A DNA stretch of 64,000 bases from Thermodesulfobacteriota bacterium. Its GTDB lineage: Bacteria > Desulfobacterota_D > UBA1144 > Nemesobacterales > UBA2774. Under the pieces are notes generated by a model. The model saw nothing but the letters and a program-made list of their open reading frames with translations. It was not told where the DNA came from and searched no databases. The position numbers were made by a program, and so were the translations under genes. Location of the stretch: contig OY729416.1 of NCBI GenBank assembly GCA_963422265.1, forward strand, positions 896,001 through 960,000, given 5' to 3'. How positions within the stretch are numbered: the stretch's first letter is position 1; the number at the start of each line of letters is the position of its first letter. This document shows, one piece after another, positions 35,487 through 46,090 of the stretch.

Positions 35487-35894
35487 TCAACGACTCTTAT
35501 GTTCATCAATAATAATATACGTTGCTATAGCCTTAGCAACAAGTTTGCCCTCGTTATAAACGTCAACCTCCGCAGGCACTATTCGCCCTTCCCTTAAAAC
35601 CTTAGCCCGGGCTTCTATAATACCTTCAACTACAGGCGCAAGATAGTTTATTTTCATTTCAATTGTCAAAAAACGCTTCCCCTCCTCAACCATTGCGTAG
35701 ATCGCAACGGCGACGGCAGAATCAGCAAGCGCAAACAACGCCCCACCGTGCACCATTCCGTAAGGCTGCGTTATCTTCTCATCAAACTTCATATTAAGAT
35801 TAGCGTATCCTGGCTTCATTTCCACAATCTCGATACCCAACAAATCCCATATTGGCACATTCAAAAAGTCCACCTTATCCTTATTGCGTTTCAT
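35487..35894 (-). CDS. PaaI-family thioesterase
   Basis: QPYGMVHGGALFALAD, TIEMKINYLAP. Confidence 0.9.
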   Translation of the reverse strand: MKRNKDKVDFLNVPIWDLLGIEIVEMKPGYANLNMKFDEKITQPYGMVHGGALFALADSAVAVAIYAMVEEGKRFLTIEMKINYLAPVVEGIIEARAKVLREGRIVPAEVDVYNEGKLVAKAIATYIIIDEHKSR

Positions 35895-35967
35895 TGTAAC
35901 CCTCCTTAACCGTCAACTTAGAGCAAGCTACCAATAACTATCTATAATTAAAAGCGACTTGCTCATA

Positions 35968-37167
35968 TTATCTTGATTCAGGAACACTCCGCCCACCCCA
36001 AAAAATAAATGCCAAAAATCCGACTAAACATACAATCCCTGCAAACCCAAACATCGCGTTAAATCCCCAGAGTTCAGCCGCCACGCCGTAAGCAAATACC
36101 CCTAGCGTTCCACCTAGGGTAAAGGCAACGCTACATATTGATATAGCCTTACCCCTATCAATCTCAGGAGAAATATCTATAACTAGCGCATATATGGCGG
36201 GGTAGAAAACCCCGTGCCCAATACCCAATAGTATCCCGGACATTATCAGAGTGGACCCACCCGACGCTAGGCTTAGTCCAAATACGCCCAGCGCAAATAG
36301 AAGTAATGCAGGGACCCCTGCTCTCTTTCTACCGTATTTGTCGGGTATCCATCCACCAAAGATTCTTACGACAAGAACGGCAATCGTGTAGGTTATAAAG
36401 AAAAACTCAAACGCTTCTACCCCAATCCTTCTTGCAAACACGGGGACGAAAGTAAATACGGTTATGAAACCGCTACCTGCAACCATTAGCGTAAATGCTG
36501 AAACTAATACGCCCCTTCCGAAAAGTACCTTAAAAAAACCGCGCCCCTGAGTATCACTCTCAATGCGTCTCTCGGGTTCTTTTATAAACAGAGCTACCAC
36601 AAAAGCCAATAATCCAAATGCAAAATCAAACACAAAAAAATTGGAAAAACTATACATATCCACGATGACTTTTCCCACAAAAGGGGCAACCGCGACGTTT
36701 ATTATGCTACAAATACCGAATACCCCCATAGCCTGACTCCTCTTTAGCGGAGAAGACACGTCAGCTATAAGCGTCCCTGCAGAAATAAAACAAAGAGACA
36801 AGGCTGCACCGTGTAACACGCGGAGGACAGGAAATAGTAGATTTAACGTATGAAAATACGCAAAAGGCAGGGTGGCTATAGCCATAAGCAAGCCTCCAGA
36901 CACCAAGAACCACTTTCTTCCAAAACGATCCACGGATATCCCAGCCATCGGGGTGGTTATAACCGTTGCCATTGTCGCCGCTCCCATGATAAACCCGATT
37001 GTGGACTCATCCCCGCCAAGCTCCTCTATTCTCACTGGTAGTAAAATAAAGGAGTGATAGGTGAAGAAGAATGCAAATGATGAGAGGGTAATTAAAATAA
37101 AGTCTCTATTCAAAAGAGGTTTTAGCTCGTTGTTAAATTCTTTTGAGTTATATGTGTTCTGAGACAT
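35968..37167 (-). CDS. MFS transporter
   Basis: About 12 TM helices; motif A copies DRFGRK and DKYGRK. Confidence 0.9.
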   Translation of the reverse strand: MSQNTYNSKEFNNELKPLLNRDFILITLSSFAFFFTYHSFILLPVRIEELGGDESTIGFIMGAATMATVITTPMAGISVDRFGRKWFLVSGGLLMAIATLPFAYFHTLNLLFPVLRVLHGAALSLCFISAGTLIADVSSPLKRSQAMGVFGICSIINVAVAPFVGKVIVDMYSFSNFFVFDFAFGLLAFVVALFIKEPERRIESDTQGRGFFKVLFGRGVLVSAFTLMVAGSGFITVFTFVPVFARRIGVEAFEFFFITYTIAVLVVRIFGGWIPDKYGRKRAGVPALLLFALGVFGLSLASGGSTLIMSGILLGIGHGVFYPAIYALVIDISPEIDRGKAISICSVAFTLGGTLGVFAYGVAAELWGFNAMFGFAGIVCLVGFLAFIFWGGRSVPESR

Positions 37168-37255
37168 TACCGTAAGGGCTGAAATATAAACCCATATTAA
37201 GAAAACAAATGGTTCGGGTTATTTCCCCCGGGAATAATATCTAGACTGAGCAGCT

Positions 37256-38539
37256 CTAAGCTGAAAAAACTACTTTCCCGTTTACAATCGTGTATAGAAC
37301 TGCCCCTAATATTTCCCATCCATGAAAAGGGGTGTTTCTTGCCTTAGAACGGAATTCCTCTCTGTTTACAGTAACGTTTTTATTGGCGTCAAAAACCACC
37401 ACGTCTGCCTCTGCACCGAGCTTTAGTGTTCCTTTTCTTAGGTTAAGAATCCGCGAGGGCTCATCTGTGAGTTTGCCGATCATTTCATTAACCGTGAGAA
37501 CGCCGTCATGAACAAGCCTAAGAGAAAGGGGCAAAGCGGTCTCAAGGCCTACTATGCCAAATGGAGCAAGATCAAATTCTGCCTTCTTTTCATCCTCACT
37601 ATGGGGTGCGTGATCAGTCGCTATTGCGTCTATTGTTCCATCCTTAAGTCCTTCTATCACGGCGTCTCTATCCAGTTCACCTCTGAGCGGGGGGTTCATC
37701 TTTGCATTCGTATCGTATCCTTTCACCGACTTGTCCGTTAATGTAAAATGATGAGGCGTCACCTCAGCCGTAACGTTTACTCCCCTGGCTTTGGCAGCCC
37801 TTATCAATCTAACGGCACCCTCGGTTGAGACATGACACACGTGAAGGCGGGACCCCGTAAGTTCGGCGACCATTATATCACGCGACACCATAACGTCCTC
37901 TGAAGCACACGGAATGCCTTCTAAACCAAGAAGTGTAGACGCTTCACCTTCGTTAATCACTCCCTTGCCAGATAGATTCTTGTCCTCCGCATGAGAAATC
38001 ACTGGTATATTAAAAGCCTTTACGTATTCCATAGCGTGGCGCATTACCTTAGAATTCATCACTGGCATACCGTCATCGGACACGCCTACGCATCCGGCGT
38101 CATACATCTCACCTATCTGAGCCAGAGTCTCGCCTCCTTGAGCCTTTGTAATCGCCCCTATAGGAAAAACATTTACAACTCCCTCCGTGCGCGCCTTTAA
38201 GAGAATATATTCGGTTACGGAAGCGTTATCATTTACAGGACTAGTGTTGGGCATACAAACTATAGAAGTAAATCCCCCAGCGGCGGCGGCTTCACAACCC
38301 GTCCGAATAGTTTCTTTATGCTCGTATCCCGGCTCACGCAGATGAACGTGCATATCTACAAAACCGGGTGATACGATTTTACCTCTAGCATCTATCACCC
38401 TTACGTCGGTGTTCTGCTCTAACCTGCGGGTACTAGAAGGATACGATTTAATTATCCCTTCTTCTACAAAAACGTTACCGATTCTATCAATTCCCTGAGA
38501 GGGATCTATTATACGCCCCTCCCTGATTAGTATGCTCAA
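37256..38539 (-). CDS. pyrC: Dihydroorotase (TTG start)
   Basis: [28 protein letters not shown]. Confidence 0.96.
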   Translation of the reverse strand: MSILIREGRIIDPSQGIDRIGNVFVEEGIIKSYPSSTRRLEQNTDVRVIDARGKIVSPGFVDMHVHLREPGYEHKETIRTGCEAAAAGGFTSIVCMPNTSPVNDNASVTEYILLKARTEGVVNVFPIGAITKAQGGETLAQIGEMYDAGCVGVSDDGMPVMNSKVMRHAMEYVKAFNIPVISHAEDKNLSGKGVINEGEASTLLGLEGIPCASEDVMVSRDIMVAELTGSRLHVCHVSTEGAVRLIRAAKARGVNVTAEVTPHHFTLTDKSVKGYDTNAKMNPPLRGELDRDAVIEGLKDGTIDAIATDHAPHSEDEKKAEFDLAPFGIVGLETALPLSLRLVHDGVLTVNEMIGKLTDEPSRILNLRKGTLKLGAEADVVVFDANKNVTVNREEFRSKARNTPFHGWEILGAVLYTIVNGKVVFSA

Positions 38540-39474
38540 TTCCCCCTCCCCGCTGAAGCGACTAGAACAAACATTGCCATCCTGACTGCGATCCCATTCG
38601 ATACCTGATCAAGAATTACCGAACCAGCGTGATCGGCGATATCCGAAGAGAGTTCAACACCCCTGTTTATAGGTCCAGGGTGCATGACCGTAACATTTTT
38701 ATCGGCGAGTTGTAGCCTTTCCCGAGTGAGTCCGTAGAATCTGGAATACTCTCTAAGGGATGGGAAATACTCAGAGTTCTGGCGCTCCAACTGAATCCGC
38801 AGCATAATAACAACGTCCACACCCTGCATCGCCTCGTCCAAATTATAGTAAGTCCGCACGCCCACGTTTTCAACATAGGTTGGGATTAGCGTAGGCGGAC
38901 CAACTACCCTTACCTCGGCTCCAAGTTTTATCAAGCCCCAGATGTTAGATCTGGCAACTCGGCTATGAAGAATATCTCCTACAATAGCCACTTTAAGACC
39001 TCCAATCCCTCCTTTTATTTTCCTAATTGTATAAAGATCAAGAAGCGCTTGGCTTGGATGCTCATGAGATCCGTCTCCCGCATTAATAATTGAAGAGTCT
39101 AACTCCTTAGCCAGCAACCACGGAGCGCCTGATATCGGGTGCCGTATAACGATTATGCTTGCGCCCATAGCCTCCAGGTTTCTTGCAGTATCAAGCAAAT
39201 TCTCTCCCTTTACAACACTGCTATGAGACAACGTAAAATTAAGCACGTCCGCGCTTAGTCTTTTTTCGGCAATTTCAAAAGATGACCTTGTCCTTGTACT
39301 CGGTTCATAGAATAGATTGCAAACCGTAATACCTCGAAGCGTCGGGACTTTTTTAATGTCTCGCTCGGTTATTTCCTTCATAGATTCCGCAGTATCCAGG
39401 ACGAGCGTTATCTCCTCTGTAGTTAATTCTTCAAGTCCCAATATGTGTTTACGATTGAACGTCATGCTATCCAT
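38536..39474 (-). CDS. pyrB: Aspartate carbamoyltransferase catalytic subunit
   Basis: [31 protein letters not shown]. Confidence 0.97.
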   Translation of the reverse strand: MDSMTFNRKHILGLEELTTEEITLVLDTAESMKEITERDIKKVPTLRGITVCNLFYEPSTRTRSSFEIAEKRLSADVLNFTLSHSSVVKGENLLDTARNLEAMGASIIVIRHPISGAPWLLAKELDSSIINAGDGSHEHPSQALLDLYTIRKIKGGIGGLKVAIVGDILHSRVARSNIWGLIKLGAEVRVVGPPTLIPTYVENVGVRTYYNLDEAMQGVDVVIMLRIQLERQNSEYFPSLREYSRFYGLTRERLQLADKNVTVMHPGPINRGVELSSDIADHAGSVILDQVSNGIAVRMAMFVLVASAGRGN

Positions 39475-40000
39475 TGCTTATTACTACTTCATCCCGCTTG
39501 TCAGTCTCTTTTACACGCACCCTGACTTTTTCGGTAGCCGAAGTGCTTACAACGCAACCAACGTAATCAGGCTGGATCGGAAGCTCCCTGTGTCCCCTGT
39601 CAACCAGTGCTACGAGCTGTATTGAAGATGGTCTCCCAAAATCCATTATTTCCTCAAGTGCAGCCCTGGTCGTCCTACCGGTATATACCACGTCATCAAC
39701 GAGTATTACCTCCTTGCCTTCTACGGAAAACGGTATCTCGGTTTTTTCTACCTTAGGCCACTCCGTTTTTCGTCTAAAATCATCCCTATAAAGCGTTATA
39801 TCCAAAGTTCCGAGCCGTGGTCTTACACCTTCAAGCACCTCAACCCTATCCGCTATCCTCTTAGCTACATGAACGCCTCTTGTTCTTATCCCTATAATCA
39901 CAACGTTCTTGGCGCCTTTATTTCTCTTGAGTATTTCATCCGTGATTCTGTATAAAGTTTGGTTTATTGAGTAAGAATCCATAATAATTTTATTAGGCAT
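39467..40000 (-). CDS. pyrR: PyrR bifunctional regulator / uracil phosphoribosyltransferase
   Basis: [35 protein letters not shown]. Confidence 0.95.
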   Translation of the reverse strand: MPNKIIMDSYSINQTLYRITDEILKRNKGAKNVVIIGIRTRGVHVAKRIADRVEVLEGVRPRLGTLDITLYRDDFRRKTEWPKVEKTEIPFSVEGKEVILVDDVVYTGRTTRAALEEIMDFGRPSSIQLVALVDRGHRELPIQPDYVGCVVSTSATEKVRVRVKETDKRDEVVISNG

Positions 40001-40273
40001 AATAAGATTTCACTGATAAATCTACTTAGAGTTACATTTCAATAGTCAATAGCATTTCGCTTAATTACAAGTGAACTCAGAAAAGACTCCCTTTTGGCTA
40101 CACTACACCACCTGAATAGTCACCCAGAATTCATTAATGAGTTCAGAATGACGCGAGAACATATCAAATTCTCCCACTAGACTTTTATCTTCGACAAAAC
40201 ACTTGGGGATGTGCCTACATAATCTGCAGACATAAGAATGAAGGAAAATGATGCCCTCCCTCAATTCATCCAT

Positions 40274-41206
40274 CTAATTAATACTCGACAGAATCCTATG
40301 CCACCTTACTTTGTTAAATATAGATGGGTTACCAAAATCCCACGACCAATGAACAATAAACGCCTTACCTGCAATATTTTCTATCGGGACAAAGCCCCAG
40401 AACCTGCTGTCCTGACTGTTGTCTCTATTATCGCCCATTACAAACACGCTACCCTCAGGCACGATTGCGGGAATCCTATTCCCCTTGTTAGTATATTCTC
40501 TACCTTGTCTAAAGATCACGGTATGATTTTCGCCGAAAAGATTCTCCCTGTATTCATCGAATCTCCCGCTATTTCTTTCATCAACATAGGAACCCATGAA
40601 TTCCAGCGTTACTTTATTTGCATTTACATATAAATGCCTACCCTGTAAATCAACTCGATCTCCGGCGACGCCTATAACCCTCTTTATGTAGTAAGTGCCT
40701 CTTTTCGATGGATCTCCTTCATTGTTAGGATAAGTAAACACTATCACATCCCCTCGCTTTATCTCGTCAATTGGAAAGAACACGCTGTCTGTAAAAGGAA
40801 TCTTAGTGCCGTAAACGAACTTATTGACAAACAGGTGGTCACCTACGAGAAGAGTTGGGATCATAGAGCTAGATGGGATCTTAAAAGGCTGTAAAACAAA
40901 AGTTCTGATAACAAGAGCGAGAGCCAATGCAAAAACAAGCGCCTCAACGTTTTGCCTTAGTTTTGATTTCATAAATTTAGAGAGATAATCATCGGAGAAG
41001 CTCTCAAGATCAGCCGTTTTCCTAATAATCTCTTCCACGTCGTCCCCCGACATAGCCAATTCTAACTTGTCTATTCCGCGCTTTATCACGGATGCTGACG
41101 CAGGGTTTATATTAGAACTGTTTTTTTTTAAAACTACTTTTGTCCGAGAGATAACCCGTTTGGCTTTTTCCCTTACCTTAGAAGCTTTTGACGATGAAAT
41201 TAGCAT
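40274..41206 (-). CDS. lepB: Signal peptidase I with N-terminal helical extension (start uncertain)
   Basis: PSSSMIPTL, YIKRVIG, MGDNRDNSQDSRFWG. Confidence 0.95.
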   Translation of the reverse strand: MLISSSKASKVREKAKRVISRTKVVLKKNSSNINPASASVIKRGIDKLELAMSGDDVEEIIRKTADLESFSDDYLSKFMKSKLRQNVEALVFALALALVIRTFVLQPFKIPSSSMIPTLLVGDHLFVNKFVYGTKIPFTDSVFFPIDEIKRGDVIVFTYPNNEGDPSKRGTYYIKRVIGVAGDRVDLQGRHLYVNANKVTLEFMGSYVDERNSGRFDEYRENLFGENHTVIFRQGREYTNKGNRIPAIVPEGSVFVMGDNRDNSQDSRFWGFVPIENIAGKAFIVHWSWDFGNPSIFNKVRWHRILSSIN

Positions 41207-41306
41207 AATAGAACTTGAGTATAAACGGCGATCTAGCACGTTTCAATACTTTTGGACAGGTTCACAATACGCACCGAGAAAAACCCGTCCGAACTTTTAC
41301 AATTAA

Positions 41307-43469
41307 CTACCTGTTTTCCAACTCCTGCATTCTGACTACGGATTTCACGCCTTTTACCCGCTTTATGGATTTGATAACGCGCTCGAGCTGGGTTAAGCCA
41401 GACACCACCACGTCAAAAGTGCCTATAGCATCATCTAAATCGGTCGAATGCATCTCAGCCTTAGAGATATTGACGTCCAAAGAAGTGAACGAGTCCGTAA
41501 TGTTAGATAGAATACCGGGACGATCAATGCCCTTGACCAACAACCTCGCTGGTCTGGCGCCTTTGAAATCTCCATCCCACTTAACGTCTATTCTCCTCTC
41601 GTGATCTACTTCAAGAAGTTTAGGGCAATTGTTTTTATGTACGGTTATTCCCTTTCCCCTCGTTATGTAACCTACTATGTCCTCTTCAGGCAAAGGAGAG
41701 CAACATCTACCAAATTTTATCATAACGTCGCTATAGCCACTTATAAGCACACCGTCGTCGCTCGAACTGGTAATAGTGTTTATTATCTTCTCTATCCTAG
41801 AATCTCTCTCGGAAGGAGAATTAGCCTTATCAACGGGAGCGACTCTTTTGAAAAGATCCGTCGCCGATACTTTTCCGAAACCCACCGCTAGATAAAAATC
41901 CTTGACGTCCTTATATCTTAGAGCCTCCAACGCGGATTCAAGACTACCCTCTCTCAACATGGACTGAAAATCAAGCCCATGCCGCTTAAACTTCCTTTCA
42001 CAGATAGATTTTCCAACAATCTCAGACTGACTTCTTTCCCGATCCCTAAGCCACGAGCGGATTTTCGTTTTGGATCCAGAGGTAACGACGAATTTCAACC
42101 AATCCCTGCTAGGATGACGGTTAGCGGAGGTTACTATTTCAACCTTGTCTCCAGTATTTAACTGATGATTTAGCGGCACAAGCTTGCCATTTACCAGCGC
42201 TCTAGCACAGGTATTTCCTACTTCAGTATGAACTGAATACGCAAAATCAACCGGCGTTGCGCCACTGGGAAGCTCTTTAAGATCGCCCCTTGGAGTAAAA
42301 ACGTAAACTACGTTCGGTATCAGTTCTCCTTTTATCGCTTCCATATACTCAGTCGGATCCTTAATATCTTTCCACTCAAGAAGCTGCCTAAGGGTAGAAT
42401 AAACCTCATACGAGGCACTACTCTCAATTCCATCCTCTTTGTATTTCCAGTGAGAAGCAACGCCGTATTCCGCCACTTCGTGCATAGCTCGAGTCCTAAT
42501 CTGCACTTCCATTCTGTGACCGAAGGGACCCAATACGGTCGTATGCAGCGATTGGTAACCATTTCCCTTGGGAAGGGCAATGTAATCCTTGAAACGCCCG
42601 GGTACCGGCTTCCATGAAGAATGCACGGCGCCTAGGGCTTGGTAGCATTCTTTTACCGAACTGATAATGACCCTAAACGCTATAATGTCATGGACGTTAT
42701 CAAACTCAAGGTTCTGTGCGTGCATTTTCTGATAAACCCCGTAAAGATGCTTGAACCTTCCTGTAACTTCAGAGTTAATGTCAAATTCCATAAGCTTTTC
42801 GGCGATAATTCTTTTAGTCTCATCTACGTGTCTTCCCCATTCCTTTTTCTTTTCGGTTATTAGTTTAGAAAGCCCTTGATAGTCTTCAGGATGTAGAAAA
42901 CAGAACGATAAATCTTCAAGATCGTTAGTAACCCAATTGATACTAAGTCTATGCGACAGCGGTGCGTATATATCTAAAGTCTCACTAGCTATCTTCTTTC
43001 GACTGTCAGCGGAAAGGTACTCAAGAGTGCGCATATTATGAAGCCGGTCGGCAAGCTTAACCAGCACTACCCTTATATCCTTCGCGGTCGCCAATATCAA
43101 TTTCCTGAATCCTTCGGCTTGGCGCTCTATATTAGAGGAATGAGGCAATTGGCTTATTTTTGTTACGCCGTCAACCAAAAAAGCAATCTCACTACCGAAT
43201 AAAGATTCAATTTCTTCAATCGTCGCAAGCGTGTCCTCAACGGTGTCGTGAAGTAACCCGGTTACAATAGATGAAATATCAAGCTTCATTAGAGCGAGTA
43301 TGCCGCTTACTTCTAGAGGATGGTTCAGATATGGCTCGCCTGATCTACGCTTCTGTCCAGCGTGAACCTTTGCAGAATAGACGTAAGCCTTATTTATAAG
43401 GTCTTTATCACTTTTGCTTAGATGAAGATACGAATTAGCCTGCTCTATAATATCGTTAAGCCTAATCAC
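41307..43469 (-). CDS. spoT: Bifunctional (p)ppGpp synthetase/hydrolase (RelA/SpoT), GTG start
   Basis: HD motif LLHDTVED, KLADRLHNMRT, RFKDYI, YQSLHT, TGS and ACT domains. Confidence 0.94.
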   Translation of the reverse strand: MIRLNDIIEQANSYLHLSKSDKDLINKAYVYSAKVHAGQKRRSGEPYLNHPLEVSGILALMKLDISSIVTGLLHDTVEDTLATIEEIESLFGSEIAFLVDGVTKISQLPHSSNIERQAEGFRKLILATAKDIRVVLVKLADRLHNMRTLEYLSADSRKKIASETLDIYAPLSHRLSINWVTNDLEDLSFCFLHPEDYQGLSKLITEKKKEWGRHVDETKRIIAEKLMEFDINSEVTGRFKHLYGVYQKMHAQNLEFDNVHDIIAFRVIISSVKECYQALGAVHSSWKPVPGRFKDYIALPKGNGYQSLHTTVLGPFGHRMEVQIRTRAMHEVAEYGVASHWKYKEDGIESSASYEVYSTLRQLLEWKDIKDPTEYMEAIKGELIPNVVYVFTPRGDLKELPSGATPVDFAYSVHTEVGNTCARALVNGKLVPLNHQLNTGDKVEIVTSANRHPSRDWLKFVVTSGSKTKIRSWLRDRERSQSEIVGKSICERKFKRHGLDFQSMLREGSLESALEALRYKDVKDFYLAVGFGKVSATDLFKRVAPVDKANSPSERDSRIEKIINTITSSSDDGVLISGYSDVMIKFGRCCSPLPEEDIVGYITRGKGITVHKNNCPKLLEVDHERRIDVKWDGDFKGARPARLLVKGIDRPGILSNITDSFTSLDVNISKAEMHSTDLDDAIGTFDVVVSGLTQLERVIKSIKRVKGVKSVVRMQELENR

Positions 43470-43478
43470 TACTTTTCC

Positions 43479-44111
43479 CTAAGGTTTGGAAGCTTCTCCA
43501 AAAAATTTTCTCCAGACAATATCCGAAACCCTATTGGCTTCGCATCTCGCGGATACTATTATCGACGATAGGGTATCAGCCGTTTTATCCAAGTCGTCGT
43601 TCACTATAATATAATCATATTTATGTACATCTCGCATTTCCTGACGCACCTTTGAAAGACGCCTATTGATTTCCGCGTCGTTGTCGCTCCCTCGCTCTAC
43701 AAGCCTTTCTCTCAAAATCTCAAAAGACGAAGGCAATATAAAACAAAGAACCGCCAAACTGTAGTTCTTTCTTATTTGTCTCGCCCCCTGCACGTCTATG
43801 TCAAGCAGTAGATCAATCCCTGTTGACTTTGCCATACCAAATTGTTCTAAAGGGGTTCCATAATAATTGTTATGCACTTTAGCGTATTCAACAAAATAAT
43901 TGTCTTTTACCATCCTACCAAACTCCGTCTCGGAAACAAATCTATAATCCTTTCCGTCCACCTCCCCCTCTCTTGGAATCCGAGTTGTATATGAAACGGA
44001 GAAGCTGAGGTTACTGTGCCTTTCAAGGGCTCTCTGGGCAAGCGTAGTCTTACCACCACCAGAGGGACCCGAAAGCACAAATATAATTCCTTCTCGCACG
44101 TTGTTTATCAT
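43479..44111 (-). CDS. gmk: Guanylate kinase
   Basis: GPSGGGKTT, SYTTRIPREGEVDGKDY, NYYGT, DIDVQGA. Confidence 0.97.
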   Translation of the reverse strand: MINNVREGIIFVLSGPSGGGKTTLAQRALERHSNLSFSVSYTTRIPREGEVDGKDYRFVSETEFGRMVKDNYFVEYAKVHNNYYGTPLEQFGMAKSTGIDLLLDIDVQGARQIRKNYSLAVLCFILPSSFEILRERLVERGSDNDAEINRRLSKVRQEMRDVHKYDYIIVNDDLDKTADTLSSIIVSARCEANRVSDIVWRKFFGEASKP

Positions 44112-44186
44112 CTCTACCTGATCCCTACTTAAAAGTGTGCAGGAACGTGACTTTCATATAGCCCGTCCTTTCACCAACGACATTAC

Positions 44187-45296
44187 TCAGGAGCATGACT
44201 TATCAAGCTCTTCAACCACTTTCTTTACTTGTTGAGAACTATCTTTATTCAGAATCAAGACAGCATCCTTCGTGTCCACCACTACTAAATTCTCAACCCC
44301 TACTAGGGCAATTATTCTCTTGCCCGATGAAGCTTGGGGGCATGCCTGACCGAAGACTGAACACCCCGATGATTCAATCGAGATGGACTCTCCACGTATT
44401 ATATTCTTACCATCTTCTCTCCTTAAGAATAAATCTAACGCCTTCCAATTACCTAAGTCACTCCAAGGGAAGCTGATGGGTATCACAACAGTGTTAGGCG
44501 AACGCTCTAAGATCAATTTGTCAATAGAACCCGAATCTATATCCGTATAGAACTGTGAGACCGCTTTCTGCTCAGATGAAGTGCCTATAGCAATTGAGAC
44601 CCCATCAAAATACCCATGCCAACTAGGAAGGAGTTTAGAAAAAGCAGATAGTATAGAAGACGTTTTCCATATAAATATACCGCTATTCCAATAGTAACTA
44701 CCCTCCTTGAGAAATTCGGCGGCAGTATTGAAATCAGGTTTCTCGGTAAATTCCCCAACCTTAAAAGCCTTGAATAAATCCGAAGACGCAACTTTCTTAT
44801 TGCTTTTCTTTATATAGCCGTATCCGGTCTCAGGCATCGTCGGGGTTACACCAAGCGTTATAAGGGGCGACCAGCCGCTATCCAAAAGCTCCATTTGAGC
44901 TACCTCAAACGCAAATACTAGCACCTGCCTAAAAGCCTCGCCATCCAATATCGCATGATCGGCAGGGAGAACCACGGCCGTTGACTCGGCATGCCTTTTT
45001 TCTATAGTTAGCATGCCATAAGCTAGACAAGGCGCAGTATTCTTGCCCTCGGGCTCAAGGATTAGATTACTCTCTGGAAGTTCAGGCACGTGGCTTAACG
45101 TTTCCTGAGCATATTGTTCAACGGTAACGATGTAAACCTTTTCTATCGGTATAAGTGGCAATACCCTATCTACAGTCTGTCTTAGAAGAGACTTTTTCCC
45201 AACAAGAGAAAGAAACTGTTTTGGTTTATCCTTAGTACTTAGGGGCCAGAACCTTTTACCCTCACCCCCTGCCATTACAAGAGCGGTCATTCCCAT
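44187..45296 (-). CDS. manC: Mannose-1-phosphate guanylyltransferase
   Basis: MAGGEGKRFWPLS, PKQFL, PETGYGYI, WNSGIF, WSDLG. Confidence 0.92.
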   Translation of the reverse strand: MGMTALVMAGGEGKRFWPLSTKDKPKQFLSLVGKKSLLRQTVDRVLPLIPIEKVYIVTVEQYAQETLSHVPELPESNLILEPEGKNTAPCLAYGMLTIEKRHAESTAVVLPADHAILDGEAFRQVLVFAFEVAQMELLDSGWSPLITLGVTPTMPETGYGYIKKSNKKVASSDLFKAFKVGEFTEKPDFNTAAEFLKEGSYYWNSGIFIWKTSSILSAFSKLLPSWHGYFDGVSIAIGTSSEQKAVSQFYTDIDSGSIDKLILERSPNTVVIPISFPWSDLGNWKALDLFLRREDGKNIIRGESISIESSGCSVFGQACPQASSGKRIIALVGVENLVVVDTKDAVLILNKDSSQQVKKVVEELDKSCS

Positions 45297-45366
45297 GCCT
45301 AAATACTAATGGATATTGGAATATTTCTCAAATTCCCCTTATCTTTTTGGAGAAGAAAAACGAGTG

Positions 45367-46044
45367 CTAAACTTGGATAAGATCGTGCAACTTGATCCCG
45401 TCTAGGCTTTCTATGACTAGGTTTGCTTCAGAAAGCCTTTCCATAGGATAAGAATTTGTTACCGCAATACATTTCATGCCGGCAGAACGGGCTGCCCTAA
45501 CCCCAGAGATAGAATCCTCAATTACCAAGCATTCTTTGAGTAACACTACATCCTCAGGCAACGACTGGACGTTAAGCCTTCTGTGCACTTCCAAATAAAC
45601 GTCGGGAGCGGGCTTACATTTTTCTACGTCTTCGGCTCCCACTATAAATTCAAAATCCTTCCTGATCCCAGCAAAGTTTAATATATGCTCTATTTCCTGC
45701 CTTAGAGCGCCGGAGCCTATAGCTAATCGGACCCTGCCTCTAACCTCGCTAATCAACTCCAAAACTCCGGGAAAAAGTTCAACATTCCCCGTTATAAGCC
45801 TATTATAATGCAGGGATTTTCTTGTTACTAGTCGAGAAATATAATCATCACTATGGTTAACCGCCCTATCTTCAAGTAATTTTTTGAAAAAAGTTTTGTC
45901 ATCATAGGCAAGGTACCTTTCATAATACTGCTCTTCTGAAAGCGATATGCGCTCTTCCTCAAGGACGATCTGGAACGCTTGTAAGTGAATAGGTTCGGTG
46001 TGGGCTATTACACCGTCAAAATCGAATATTATCGCCTTTAACAT
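45367..46044 (-). CDS. HAD-family phosphatase (beta-PGM-like)
   Basis: FDFDGV, KPAPD, IEDS; start reset to MLKAIIFD. Confidence 0.9.
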   Translation of the reverse strand: MLKAIIFDFDGVIAHTEPIHLQAFQIVLEEERISLSEEQYYERYLAYDDKTFFKKLLEDRAVNHSDDYISRLVTRKSLHYNRLITGNVELFPGVLELISEVRGRVRLAIGSGALRQEIEHILNFAGIRKDFEFIVGAEDVEKCKPAPDVYLEVHRRLNVQSLPEDVVLLKECLVIEDSISGVRAARSAGMKCIAVTNSYPMERLSEANLVIESLDGIKLHDLIQV

Positions 46045-46090
46045 AGGATTACGATATATTTCTACCTGAATCTTGGTTAAAGTTAAAGAA

